Of a DNA stretch of 39,717 bases, positions 12,234 to 23,869 are shown one piece after another. The notes beneath the pieces are model-generated. The model was not told the DNA's origin. It worked only from the letters and a program-made list of their open reading frames with translations, and searched no databases. The position numbers and the translations under genes are program-made. Origin of the DNA: Chiloscyllium plagiosum (taxonomy: Eukaryota); assembly GCF_004010195.1 (NCBI RefSeq), contig NC_057741.1, positions 3,424,102-3,463,818 on the forward strand, written 5' to 3'. How positions within the stretch are numbered: the stretch's first letter is position 1; the number at the start of each line of letters is the position of its first letter.

Positions 12234-12455
12234 GATCATCTCTGTTGGTCTAATCTTCCTCTCAGCTGGGATGTTTATAATCACCACTAGATGGATACAA
12301 GCCATTGGTAAACATCAAACAAAACTTCCTACAAAAATACTAGTTAATAAACTTATTCCTATTTAAACTCCAGTTGAAATATTAGTGAATAATGGATTTA
12401 AATATCTGAGTAATTACACTATACTGAGGAAGGCCTGCAGTAAAGCATAGTAATA
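12234..12455 (+). repeat. Left arm of a ~220-bp inverted repeat
   Basis: Its reverse complement aligns along its length with 13610-13830. Confidence 0.9.
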
Positions 12456-12824
12456 CACAACGTCCCCTCCATCATGTTAGCAAACTTTGTTAATGTTTAT
12501 CTTATTTTCAGGTTTTATTGCTCTCTCCGTTAAATCTGCCATTTTCACCCTCTTCTAAAATAAACAACTCTTGACCACGCTCATTATCATTGCAAACTGT
12601 TGCCCATCTCCATAGTACCAACCTCTCCAAAGTCCTTCAATTTATTGGCAACTTCCAATTTCTTCATCCAGAATTCCAAATTTAAATTTCTCTAATTAGG
12701 TTCCAATCTTGATGGAAATGATTGTTATCAAACTCAGGATGATATTCAACCTCAGGATAAAGAAAATATTCCTCCTCCTTCCTAACCTGTCTGCAACCTG
12801 TGACGTGTTTGAATACATCATCAC

Positions 12825-13150
12825 GGAAGCTCATTGGTTAGCACTGCTGCCTCACAGCGCCACGGACCTGGGTTTAATTTCACTTGGGCGACTGTCTGTG
12901 TGGAGTTTGCACATCTCCCCACATCTGCATGGGTTTCTTCCAGGTGCTCCAGTTTCCTCTCCTAATCCAAAGATATGCAGGTTAGGTGAACTGGCCATGC
13001 TAAATTGCTCATAATGTTCAGGGATGTGGACGCTAGGCGCATTAGTCAGGGGTAAATATAAGGTAAAGGGGTTTGGGTGGGAGACTCTCCTGAGGGTCGG
13101 CATGGATCTGTTGGGCCAAAGGGCCTATTTCCACACTGTAGGGATTCTAA
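12825..13150 (+). mobile_element. HE1 SINE, older copy
   Basis: Degenerate A/B boxes, V-domain, tail GGGCCTATTTCCACACTGTAGGGATTCTA. Confidence 0.9.
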
Positions 13151-13239
13151 GATCCCCCACCAATGCCTCTTTACTGTCGTCCAACTGGGTGGGACGACAA
13201 TTGCAGGATTCTATTCTTATTGTTCTAATAGATGATTGG

Positions 13240-13430
13240 GACAGTTAGCTCAGTTGGCAGGACAGCTGGTTTGTGACACAGTGTGATACCAACGGTATGG
13301 GCTCAGTTCCCATACTGGCAGAAATTACCATGAAGGTCTTACCTCCTCAACCTCATCCCTCACCTGAAGTATGGTGACCCACAGGTTAAACCACCACCAG
13401 CCGTCTGTAATGTCGGAGGGACACTATGGT
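13240..13430 (+). mobile_element. tRNA-derived SINE (second family)
   Basis: GTTAGCTCAGTTGG head and CAGGTTAAACCACC body; homologous to 11253-11450. Confidence 0.75.
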
Positions 13431-13609
13431 GCCAATATATTGGAGAAGATTGGGATGATGGAGATGGGCAGCAGGGTGCAATAATAATGATGATAGTCAA
13501 GAGTTGTTTTTTGAGAAGGGGGTGAACATGGTAGATTTAAAGGAGAGAGTAATTTGACATGAAGAGAAACATTAACAATACTTACTAATATGATGGAGGA
13601 GAAATTATC

Positions 13610-13830
13610 TATTACTATCTTTTACTATAAACTTTAGCCAGTATAGAGTAATTACTCAGATATTTAAATCCATTATTTGTTCATATTTAAACTGGAATGA
13701 AATGGTAATAAGATTATCAAATGGTATTTTTGTAGAAGGTTGTCTTTTATATTTACCAGTTGTTTGTTTCCATCTAGTGGTGACTATGAAAACCTCAGCT
13801 GACAGGAAGATTAGACCAACAGAAATGGTC
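13610..13830 (-). repeat. Right arm of the ~220-bp inverted repeat
   Basis: Blocks 13639-13677 (38/39 match), 13769-13783 (15/15) and 13805-13823 (19/19) are complementary to the left arm. Confidence 0.9.
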
Positions 13831-14299
13831 CTTTTATCTCGTCATATATGAAAACATCACTTTCAATGACCTCTTTTCCTGTTCCCTGTTCTGAGCTCTG
13901 CTGTCCTATAAAGATTTATCCTGGTCACTCTCTTGTTTCCCATCTACATGGTGACCTCCAGCAACACCTGAAAGCACAGTAATAGTTTACACATGGATGC
14001 TGATGGCAGTCAGTTCTAACTTACCACGTTAGTCCACCCTTCCATTTCTGCTGAGTTATCAGTCTGCTTCTCGAACAAATAGTCCTGAAGGAACAGAAAC
14101 TTCTGCCAATTAAATTTCTGGGAAAAAGATGAAACCATTATTTTCAGTCACTGAATTCCAAGCTACTGACAACATCCTTTCTCCTGGCGACATTTTGAGT
14201 GTAAACCATACTGTTCATTACTTTGGTGACATGGGTGTTAATCTACTGACAATACATTCACATTATTACGAAGACTACCTATCTCTACTCCCTTAACAG

Positions 14300-14730
14300 T
14301 GTTGGAATTCACCCTGTTTCAACTCATCTGCTGCTGAATTCCTTATTCTTATTTTCTGCACATCTAGGGTTGACTACTCAACATACTGCAGGCTGAACTC
14401 CCACGTTCCTGAGGTAAATTTGAGGTCATCTAAGACTCTGTTACTTGTGTCCTAACACACAAAGGCCCTTTCACTTTACATCTCCGTGTTCGTTCACCTG
14501 CATTGATCAAATAATGTCCTCTTAAAAAATTCGCTCACTGTCTGGGTAATCTCCAGCTGCCCCACAACCCACCTCACACAAATATCTCTGCTAATTAAAT
14601 CTGGCCCCGGAGCTGCCCCAATTGTAATCAGAGAGTCATAGAGATGTACAGCACGGAAACAGACCCTTTCCACCTTTTTTCTTCCTTTAAGATATCTTGT
14701 AAAACCTACATTCCCTTAAAAGTGCTTTAG
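14300..14730 (+). mobile_element. L2 LINE 3' region, decayed, with a short CR1 tail inserted near 14627-14670
   Basis: Resembles the L2 ORF2 C-terminus (SAAE.LI..F.TSRVDYS..HW) and the CCTTTAAG..AAAACCTAC 3' motif. Confidence 0.7.
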
Positions 14731-16049
14731 TAATGTTATGTTTTATTTTGCTGTGGTTGGGTATAAACATTCCTGCTTCAGTTGTTAAATAGGAGGTAAG
14801 CCCTAAGGGCATTTTGACCCAGTCCTATAGTGATGAACACAATGTTAAATGACCCATTCTATCATTTTAAAAAGAACCACAATGTGATCAATCAAAGTAA
14901 ACAGGTCAGACACAAGCATTTAACAAAACCTATTCCAAAACCTGATCAGAACAGATCATTACTGGATCATTTGATGCTATCAACAATAAAATCTCTATTG
15001 AAATCATCATTTGGCAAAGAATTTATTGTACATTTTAGTCAAATATTGGCATTTAATGACAATTTGTTAATGTCCAAATTGTCAGGAATCTGAAAGGGAA
15101 TCGATTGGCAATCCTGGATCCATCCAGTTGGCTTATTTTGCTGACCATGTAAATGTGCCTTAGTGTCCACTTTACCCACATCTTTGATCTTCCAGCAAAC
15201 ATTCTGAAGTCTTGGTCATTACTGTCATAACATATACATTTAAAGCTTCTGTTGGTACACTAGCAGTCTATTTAGGAACATTCAGTCATCTCCTTTCTGT
15301 GCTTCATTGTACCTTTTGCTCCAGTTTAGATGGGAATCATCTCCGATTGGATTGTCACAATATTTTATTATGTGGCATCAGTTCCACTTTATCAACAGAA
15401 ATAAGTTCTAATCTCGCATCTCAATTTGAACTAATTAATCTCCTGTCTACATCTTCAAGTACAACCTGCAATTTTAATCTGCCCTGATTTTGTGGTTATT
15501 GGGAAACGAAGGACCTCATGTGGGATTTTTCACCAGAAATTGCTGTCAGACAACTACAAATCTCGCAGAGGCGCGTGAACACAGCATGCGGCTATGCGCT
15601 TTCTTAAGCAATCGTAACCAATTATATTGAGGAATCGGTAATGGATAGCAGAGACTGAACAAGGTGCTGTCAGAATAATATATTCAATGTCAATGTATGC
15701 TCAAAAAGGGAAGTTAAGAGAGGAAGAGGAAGATATATTGAGAGATGCCACTGAACCCAGAAGAATAAGTCAAGGGCATTTAATTTTTTGTTCAAATCTC
15801 CAATAATTGAAATCTGAGGGAATGAGACTCCACAATTACATAAGTTGATTTTCAACACCAGAGAGGTTACTTGGCAGTAACCAAGATTATCATGCTGCAG
15901 TAAGGGTACATATACAGGAAACATTGAAAATTTAAGGCACAGAAGAGGTCATTCATCCCACTGTGTCTCATCCAGTGAAAAAGAGCTATCTAACCTTTTT
16001 CTAGTGTTTTGTAAAATAAACCTGTATGTAACCCTAATTCACTGTTTAT

Positions 16050-17140
16050 AAGTGGCAGAGGATGATACAATGTATCTGGAGGGTGGTGGGATGGAATGTG
16101 AGGATCAAGAGGTTTCTGTCCTTGGTGCGATTGGATGGGTGGGGTTCGAGGGCAGAGGGGCAGAGATGCCTCACCTCTATCCAAGGCCCCAAAGGATCCT
16201 TCCACATCCGACAGAAATTTACCTGTATTTCAATATGCGTCCTCTACTGTATCCATTGTACCTGATCATCTCCACCCTTGAACCCCACGCCTCCAATCGC
16301 AACAAGGATAGAAACCCCTTGGTCCTCACCTTCCACACCACCACCCTCCAGATACATTACATCATCCTCCACCACTTCCGCCACCCACAGACTCCACCAC
16401 AAGGGATACACTTTCCTCCCCACCCCATCTGCATTTCAGATTGTTCCCTCCATGACTCCCTTGTCAGATCCACACCCACCACCAGCCTACACCCCACTCC
16501 TGACACCTTCCCTTACCAATGCAAGAAGTACAAAACCTGCACCCACACCTTCCCCCTCACCTCCATCCAAAACTCCAAAAGATTCTTTCACATCAGCAGA
16601 AATTTACCTGTACTTCCACAAATGCTATCTACTGTCTCCGCTGCACCTGATGTGGTCTCCTCTACATTGGGGAGATAGGACGCCAACTTGCAGATCATTT
16701 CAGAGAACATCTCTGGGACACCTGCACTAAACAACCCCACCACCCTGTAGCTGAACACTTTATGCCCCCTCCCAATGCGCCAAGGACTAGCAGGTCCTGG
16801 TCCTCCTCCGTCACCAAACTCTAACCATCCATCGCTTGGAGGAAGAAAGTCTCGTTTTCAGCCTTGGGACCCTGCAACCACACGGGATCAACATGGATTT
16901 CACCAGTTTCCTCATTTCCCCTCTCCCACCCTATCCCTCCAACTTGGCACCATCCTCTTGACCTGTCCATCTTCCTTCCCACCTATCCGCTGCATCCTCC
17001 TCTCCAACTTGCTGTCTTCCCCCCCCCCCTCCCATTTACCTCTCAGCCCCCTCATTCCTGAAGGGCTTATGCCTGAAACGTTGACTCCCCTGCTCCTCGG
17101 ATGCTGCCTGACCTGCTGTTGTTTTCCAGCGCCACATGCA
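16050..17140 (+). mobile_element. Penelope-like element 3' part: GIY-YIG endonuclease remnant and pLTR, with a rearranged 5' end
   Basis: About 16608-16760 translates to CTSTNAIYCLRCT*CGLLYIGEIGRQLADHFREHL..HPVAEHF. The end CCTGAAGGGCTTATGCCTGAAACGTTGA..GGATGCTGCCTGACCTGCTG is shared with the element at 22765-22863. Confidence 0.9.
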
Positions 17141-17145
17141 GCTCT

Positions 17146-18210
17146 TTGAACCTGTTCTGTTATTCTATACGATCATGGTTAATCTGATTGTGGTCTCAAC
17201 TCCACTCCTGTCTGTCCCACACAACATCTGACTCTTTAATCCAGCAAGAATCTATCTCACTCAGCCTTGAACATATTCAATAATCCCGCCTCCATTAGTT
17301 CTTGGGGCAGAGAGTTCCATAGGTGACCTCCAGAGAAGAAAAACTCTCTCCCTTTGTCTAAAGTGGGAGGCCTCTTATTTTTTAACTATGTCCGCTAGCT
17401 CCAGTCTCTCCCATTAAGAGTAAACATTATTCAATTCTTATTGGAATCTTATACGTTTCAATAAGATCACCTCTGATCGTTCTAAATTCTAATGAGTATA
17501 GGCCTAACTTGCCCAACAAGTCTTCATAATATATGTCTTGCGCCCCAGGAGGGAGCTAACCTTCTGTGAACTGTTAAGAATGTAATTTATTCTTTCCCAA
17601 GTAAAGAGACCAAACCTGTACATGCTACTCCTCACGTGATCTCATCAAGACCTTGTACAATTATACCATCCCATCTCTCCTTTTATATTCCTTTCTCCTT
17701 ATAAAAAGTGCTAACATTCCATTTGCCTTCCTAATCACTTGCTGTACCTGCAAACTAATTTTTTACGATTCATTTCGCAGTATGTCCAGATCTTCCTGCA
17801 GCATTAAGTTCTACAACTTCTCTCCATGTTGCTTTTCTATTCGTCCTGCCAAATTGGATAAATGTACATTTTCCCATGTTTCATCTGCCAATTCGTTTCC
17901 CAGTCACTTAATCCATGTATATTCCTCTGGAGACTCCTCAGCTCTTTTTGACAAATTCCTTTCCTTTGTGTCAATGGTAAATTTACCCACCGGACATTTG
18001 AGTCCCTTCATCAAAGCCATTATTCTAGGAACAGATGGAGTAGTCCATTCAACCCCTGGAACCTGTCCCACAATTGATCTGTGACCTAACTCCATCTACC
18101 TGCCTTGGGCCCATATTCCTCAATATCTTTGCCAAATAAAAAATTATCTATTGCAGATAAAATTAACAACTGATCTAGCATCTGCTGCCATTTGTGTAAG
18201 AGAGTTCCAA
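17146..18210 (-). mobile_element. Decayed CR1 fragments
   Basis: Reverse-strand CR1 3' UTR and ORF2 C-terminal signatures; many stops. Confidence 0.7.
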
Positions 18211-18212
18211 AC

Positions 18213-18575
18213 ATAAGACCATAAGATATGAGTGGAAATAAGGCCATTTGGCCCATCAAGTTCACTCCACCATTCAATCATGGCTGATGGGCATTTCAAC
18301 GCCACACACCCGCACTCTCCCCATATCCCTTAATTCCTTGCAAGATTAAGAATTTATCAATCTCTGCCTTGAAGACATTTAATGTCCCGGCCTCCACTGC
18401 ACTCCGTGGCAATGAATTCCACAGGCCCACCACTCTCTGGCTGAAGAAATGTCTCATTTCTGTTCTAAATTGACCCCCTCTAATTCTAAGGCTGTGCCCA
18501 CGAGTCCTAGTCTCCTCACCTAATGGAAACAAACTCCCAGCATCCACCCTTTTAAGCCATGCATTATCTTGTAAT
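18213..18575 (-). mobile_element. Younger CR1 3' end inserted in an older CR1
   Basis: TRTRGHSLRIRG..FFSQRVVGLWNSLP..FKAEIDKFL; CATAAGAC tail; possible AAACAT duplication at both ends. Confidence 0.9.
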
Positions 18576-18719
18576 AAACATCTACCATGCTTTGGGTATA
18601 CAAGTGTTTCTTAACATCACTCCTGAATGGTGCAGCCTTAATTTATACATTCTGCCCCCTAATTATAGAATTCACAACCAATTGAAATATTTCACCTTTA
18701 TCTGCCCCGTCCTTTCCTG

Positions 18720-20520
18720 TACTAGCTTGAAGATCTATGCACCAAAATGGATAACTTCACATTTGATAATGTTGAACTTCATCTACCAGTTTTGCCCATT
18801 CACTTAGTCTATTAATATCCTTTTGTAATTTTATGCTATCATCTACATGGCATTCAATGCTGCCTAACCATGTGTCATCAGCAAAGTTAGGTATATGACT
18901 TTCTGAGCTATGTCACTAATGGTCATTAATACATAACATGAACAATTGAGGCCCCTCCACAGATGCTTGCGAGACACCACTGGTCACATCCTGCCAATCT
19001 GAGTACTTATCCACTATCCCTATTTTCTGTTGCTTGCTGCTCAATCAATTTCCAAGCCAGACCAATAATTTGCCGTCAATTCCATTGGCTTCTATTGTAC
19101 TTAACAATCTGTTACGTGGAACTTTATCAAATGCCTTCTGGAAGCCCATATAAATATCTATGGACATTCCCCTGTCCACTATCTTAGTCACCTCTTCAAA
19201 TAATTCAGAGGTTTGTCAGTCATGACCCACCAAACATCAGGCTCCCCGATTAACTGAGAATTTTCAAGGTGCTCAGTTAACCCATCCTTGTTTACAGACT
19301 CCAACAATTTCCAAACCACAGATGGTAGGCTAACTGGTCTTTAATTCCCTGGCTTTTTTCTTTTTTGCCCTTAGGGTCATAAAGTCATAGAGATGCACAG
19401 TACGGAAACAGACCCTACAGTCCAATTCGTCCATGCCGACCAGATATCTAACCTAATCTAGCCCCATTTGCCAGCACTTGGCCCATATCCCTCTAAACCC
19501 TTCCTATTCAATACCAATACAGATGCCTTTTATAATTAGATCATAGAACATAGAACATTACAGCGCAGCACAGACCCTTCGGTCCTCGATGTTGCACCTG
19601 ACCTGTGAAACCAATCTGAAGCCCATCTAACCTACACTACTCCATTTCCATCCGTATGTCTATCCAATGACTACTTAAGTGCCCTCAAAGTTGGCGAGTC
19701 TACTACTGTTGCAGTCAGGCTATCCCATGCTCCTACTACTCTGAGTAAAGAAACTACCTCTGACAATGGTACCAGCCTCCACCATTTCCTCTGGCAACTC
19801 ATTCCATACATGCATCACCTTTTGTATGAAAATGTTGCCCTGGAGATCTCTTTTAAATTTCTTGCCTCTGACCCTAAACCTATGCCCTCTAGTTCTGAAC
19901 TCCCTCACCCCAGGGAAAAGACCTTGACTATTTACCCTATCCATGTCCCTCACCTCTATAAAGTCACCCCTCAGCCTCCGATGCTCCAGGGAAACAGTCC
20001 CAGCCTATTCAGCTTCTCCTTGTAGCTCAAACCCTCCACCCTGGCAACATCCTTGTAAATGTTTTTCTGAGCCCTTTCAAGTTTCACAACAACCTTCCAT
20101 AGCAGGGAAACCGGAATTGCACACAACAATCTAAGCGTGGCCTAACCAATGTCCTGTCCAGCCGCAACCCTTCTTAAAAATAGAGTGACAAATGCAATGT
20201 TCTAATCTAAAGGCAAGACTCCTGTATAGGAAACTTTTGTGCTTCCCTTAACACTCTCAGATGGAAACCATCAGTTCCCAGAGATCTCTCACTCTTTGAT
20301 TCCATTCATTTTTCGTTACTAATGTCCTACTTATATTAATCAGTCCCTCCCCTTATCCAGTATGAATCTCCTCGGGACCTCCAGCAAACTATCCTCCTTT
20401 TCTATACTAAGTACTGAGGCAAAGCTTTTACTTAACATGTCTGCCATTTCCCCATAGTCATTGACAAGATCCCTCTTTGAGTCTTTAATGTGCCAACATT
20501 GCTCCTGACCACCCATTTCT
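18720..20520 (-). mobile_element. Old CR1 RT region carrying two nested CR1 3' ends (about 19373-20167 and 19537-19762)
   Basis: Host sequence resumes across a CCCTT duplication (19368-19372 and 20168-20172). Two separate CR1 tails (GTCATAAAGTCATAGAG; CATAGAACATAGAACA). Confidence 0.85.
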
Positions 20521-20621
20521 AATATATCTGGTGATAGGCAGTATACATTGCTACCACAGTGCATTAGTGAAGGATTACTTACAAATGAAGCAGTCCACAA
20601 TGTTTTGGATGTTGCAAGTTT

Positions 20622-20858
20622 TAGGTTAGATTAGATTCCCTACAGGTCCTTCGGCCCAAGTCCACCCCGCTCTACTAACGCAACTAACACTATGGACAAT
20701 TTATCAATTGACCTGCACATCTTTGGAATGTGGGAGGAAACCCACACAGACATGGGGAGAATGGGCAAACTTCACACAGTTGCCTGAGGCTGGAATCGAA
20801 CCTGAGACCCTGGTGCTGTGAGGTAACAGTGCTAACCACTGAGCCACCATGCCACCCA
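20622..20858 (-). mobile_element. HE1 SINE, internally deleted
   Basis: Reverse-strand A/B boxes, V-domain and (TTAGA)n tail. Confidence 0.88.
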
Positions 20859-20864
20859 TCTTGG

Positions 20865-21185
20865 TTTCTCGAGTGTTGCTTGAGTCATACCCAGCCAGGC
20901 AAATGAAGAGAATTTCATTGCACTCCTGATTCATCCCTCACAGAGTGGACACACGAAGCTTTGGGAAACCAGCAAGTGAGATACTCTCCGCAGGATTGCC
21001 GGATTCACTAAGTGTTTACAGGACCGGCCCAGGTAAGAGTTTGGTGGACGGTAAGCTCGGAATGTTGATGTTTTGGGGCTGAGTGATGGTAACACCAAGA
21101 GAAGTCAAAGAAAGATGTTTAGATTCTCTCTTGTCAAAGATGGTCATTGATTGGTACTTGGGTGACATGAATATCACATCCCAAG
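20865..21185 (-). mobile_element. Non-LTR RT C-terminal fragment, decayed
   Basis: The reverse strand resembles MTI..KRES.HL.LT..G.TIT..P..NI, typical of a CR1/L2-group ORF2. Confidence 0.6.
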
Positions 21186-21199
21186 AGTGAATGATAAGG

Positions 21200-21800
21200 C
21201 CTTGATGCAGGTGTTAGAGGAAAATACAAAGCACTGTAAAACAAAGAGACCCTAGGGATTCAGATACATAATTCTTTGAAGTTTGCATCACACGCAGATA
21301 GGGTTGTTAAAAAGACATACTGCACACGTGCCTTCCTTGTTCAGATCTTTGCGTATAAGAGGTGAGAAGTCATGTTGAGGTTGCATAGGACACTGGTGAA
21401 TCCACTTCTGCAGTAGTGTGTGGAGTTCTGGTCACACTGTTATATTACCAAGCTGGAGAAGGTGCTGAAAAGACTTATCAGGATGTTGCCAGGAACGCAG
21501 GGTTTCAGTTATAAGGACTGGCTGGATAGACTGGGACTTATTCCATTAGAGTATAGAAGGTTGAGGGATGCCCTTATTATAGAGATTTCAAAATTGTGAG
21601 GGGTATAGATAAGGTGAATGGCAGGTCTCTTTTCCCTAGGGTGGGGGAGTTCAAGCTTAGGGGCCATATATTTAAGGTGAGGGGAGAAAGACTGAAAAAG
21701 GACTTGAGGGGCAACCTTTTTACACAGATAGTGGTTCATGTGTGGAATGAACTAGTTTAGTTTGGGATTATGGTCAGCAGGGTATATTTCCGTGTTTGAT
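21200..21800 (+). mobile_element. CR1 ORF2 3' fragment
   Basis: Resembles L.RTLV.PLL..C..FWS..KLEKV.KR..RMLPG and ends with GTGTGGAATGAACT. Confidence 0.85.
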
Positions 21801-22696
21801 GACAGGATGACTCTCACCTCCTCCTCTCTCACACATTCTTGTTTGCAGCATCTTTATGATGCATTTTACGCCAAGCACCAGATCAGGCAAGTCTTACCAT
21901 TCTGCAAATATGCCACATAAACGCAAGGAATAGATGCTGCTATAGAAATTCTGGAAATAGTGAATTATTCAGAGTGACGATTATCACACAGACTTTGAAG
22001 GAGAATTTTGATCTATGATTTGTGCATGCAAGGAGTTTGTTGATCAATTGCCACATAAATAACAGTGAACGTTGTTAGCGTCACCATTAATTTTACACCA
22101 AAATCTGGCCTAACAATACTGTCTAACAGTGAATCAGTGTTCACATTATTCTGGGTGAATGGAGTGCATGATTCTTGATAGGGAAGTGACTACAAGGAGT
22201 CAATCAAAGTATATGACACTGATTGGACTCTTGGCCAAGGCATAATCAGAGTCACATATTTTGATTGCCTCCTTGGAAATCCAGTGTGAAATGTTGTCTA
22301 ATGCAGAGTCAGCGTAACAAACAGCATTCCTTCATCAAATGTGAAAGTTAACTATTACATAAATTATTTTCTGCTCATTCACAGTAGGCAAGGAATTAAA
22401 TGTTAACTTCACATAGCGGTCTGCTAAATTAATCTGCAGGCAACATGCTATAATTGTATCAAGAAGCAAACTGTATAAAGTACATAGCTCAAATTGTATT
22501 GACCACAACATTGTTCTATCAAAAACAAAACCAAAAACAACAATTTCACTGGCCCAAACTTTCAGCACACCTGAGGTCCTCTCTGTAGTGTGAAACCCAG
22601 GCAGTAAAACCATGAGATGTGAAAGCAGAAATGGTCCTTTCATCCCAATCAGTCTACCTCACCATTCAATAAGATCCTGGCTGACTTCAGAACTGG

Positions 22697-22863
22697 AGGA
22701 GAAAATGAGGATTGCAGATGCTGGAGATCAGAGCTGAAAATGTTTTGCTGGAAAATCGACGTTTATTCCTGAAGACGGGCTTATGCCCGAAACGTCGATT
22801 CTCCTGTTCCTTGGATGCTGCCTGACCTGCTGCGCTTTTCCAGCAACACATTTTCAGCTCTGA
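22697..22863 (+). mobile_element. Short fold-back Penelope-pLTR-derived element between 16-bp direct repeats
   Basis: Inverted arms 22728-22755 and 22836-22863 (27/28 match). CTGACTTCAGAACTGG occurs at 22681-22696 and 22860-22875. Confidence 0.88.
22765..22800 (+). ncRNA. Minimal hammerhead-ribozyme-like motif (Penelope type)
   Basis: CTGAAGA-C-GGGC TTAT GCCC-GAAA-CGTC: hammerhead core boxes, perfect 4-bp stem II, palindromic ACGT, GUC triplet. Stem I is short and imperfect. Confidence 0.65.
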
Positions 22864-22989
22864 CTTCAGAACTGGTATACAATGACTCCCATGTCTTGTT
22901 GCACCTCCCCCTTTCCCAAATCTCTCATCATTCAGATCATAAGCTGTGTTCCTGCCTCTGCTACCGAAGTGGATAACCTCTCAGTTCCC

Positions 22990-23235
22990 ACTGGTGGGGA
23001 GGAAATGAGAACTAGGGGCTACAGCCTCAAAACAAGACAGAGCAGATTTAGGACTGAGTTGAGGAGGAACTTCTTCACCCAAAGGGTTGTGAATTCGTGG
23101 AATTCCCTGCCCAGTGAAGCAGTTGCTGCTTCCTTGTTTAATGTCTTTAAGGCAAAGAATTTCTGAATGGTAAAGGAATTGAGGGTTACGGTGAGCAGGT
23201 GGGTAAGTGGAGCTAAGTCCAAGAAAATATCAGCT
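22990..23235 (+). mobile_element. CR1 3' fragment
   Basis: RTRGYSLK..FRTELRRNFFTQRVVNSWNSLP. Confidence 0.9.
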
Positions 23236-23869
23236 TTTGTGCTGATAAATTCCAATCTAACACTTATTAAAGCATAGATGCATTAGCTTGGAAAATAAAG
23301 TCTTTGAAAAACAAAGTTTTTGAATAAAACCAATTATTATTGGCTTCTTAGATTGGAGCTGCAAAGTGAATTTGTGATCTCCCCTTGTTGCACAGTCAGA
23401 GTTTTGGAAATCTGTATCCTGGTGTGTTTGTCAACATTCATTTTAAACAGAGATATTCAGGGAAACGAAATGGGCAGAGCAAAACCTGAAGAATGTTGGA
23501 GTGTTATTTGCTTACAATTTTAAAAAAAAAATTAATTATATTTTATAAAAGGGGCTGCAAACATGACACTCAATTCTGATAAATTTGCTTTATGCTCAAT
23601 AGTTAGAATTTTCAATTTGGATTTAGAGAATGAAAGATGTATTTATCATAATTTAATTAGAATCTGGAAATAAAACATTGAGATAAATGTTGAGATTAAA
23701 GTAACATAAACATAGACAAATACCAAACCACATCATTTAATGAATGAGTTAACAAGATGAAAATTTCAGGAATCCTAGGAAAATATTCTTTTGCCCTTTT
23801 CTTCGAGAGTTATGTAAAGTAGCGATGTTAAACAAATCAGGATAATACTCTCTGGAATTTGAATGGTTA

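Noticed and set aside
11913-12305. 130-aa ORF, and similar ORFs at 6453-6725, 12852-13103, 28280-28729 and 36024-36266
   Set aside because: These are read-throughs of HE1 SINE sequence (LHTDSRP/GLWEETG-type peptides), not genes.
13639-13851. Open frame across the right inverted-repeat arm as a duplicated exon
   Set aside because: The equivalent frame in the left arm has stops and indels, so the conservation is not codon-like.
14830-15924. Short ORFs in unique DNA as exons of another gene
   Set aside because: No recognisable motifs, no convincing paired splice sites, and multiple stops in adjoining frames.
17058-17085. Functional hammerhead in the 16-17 kb Penelope element
   Set aside because: The core has lost three nucleotides relative to the 22769 copy (CTGAAGGG instead of CTGAAGAC-GGG), so the CUGANGA box is broken.
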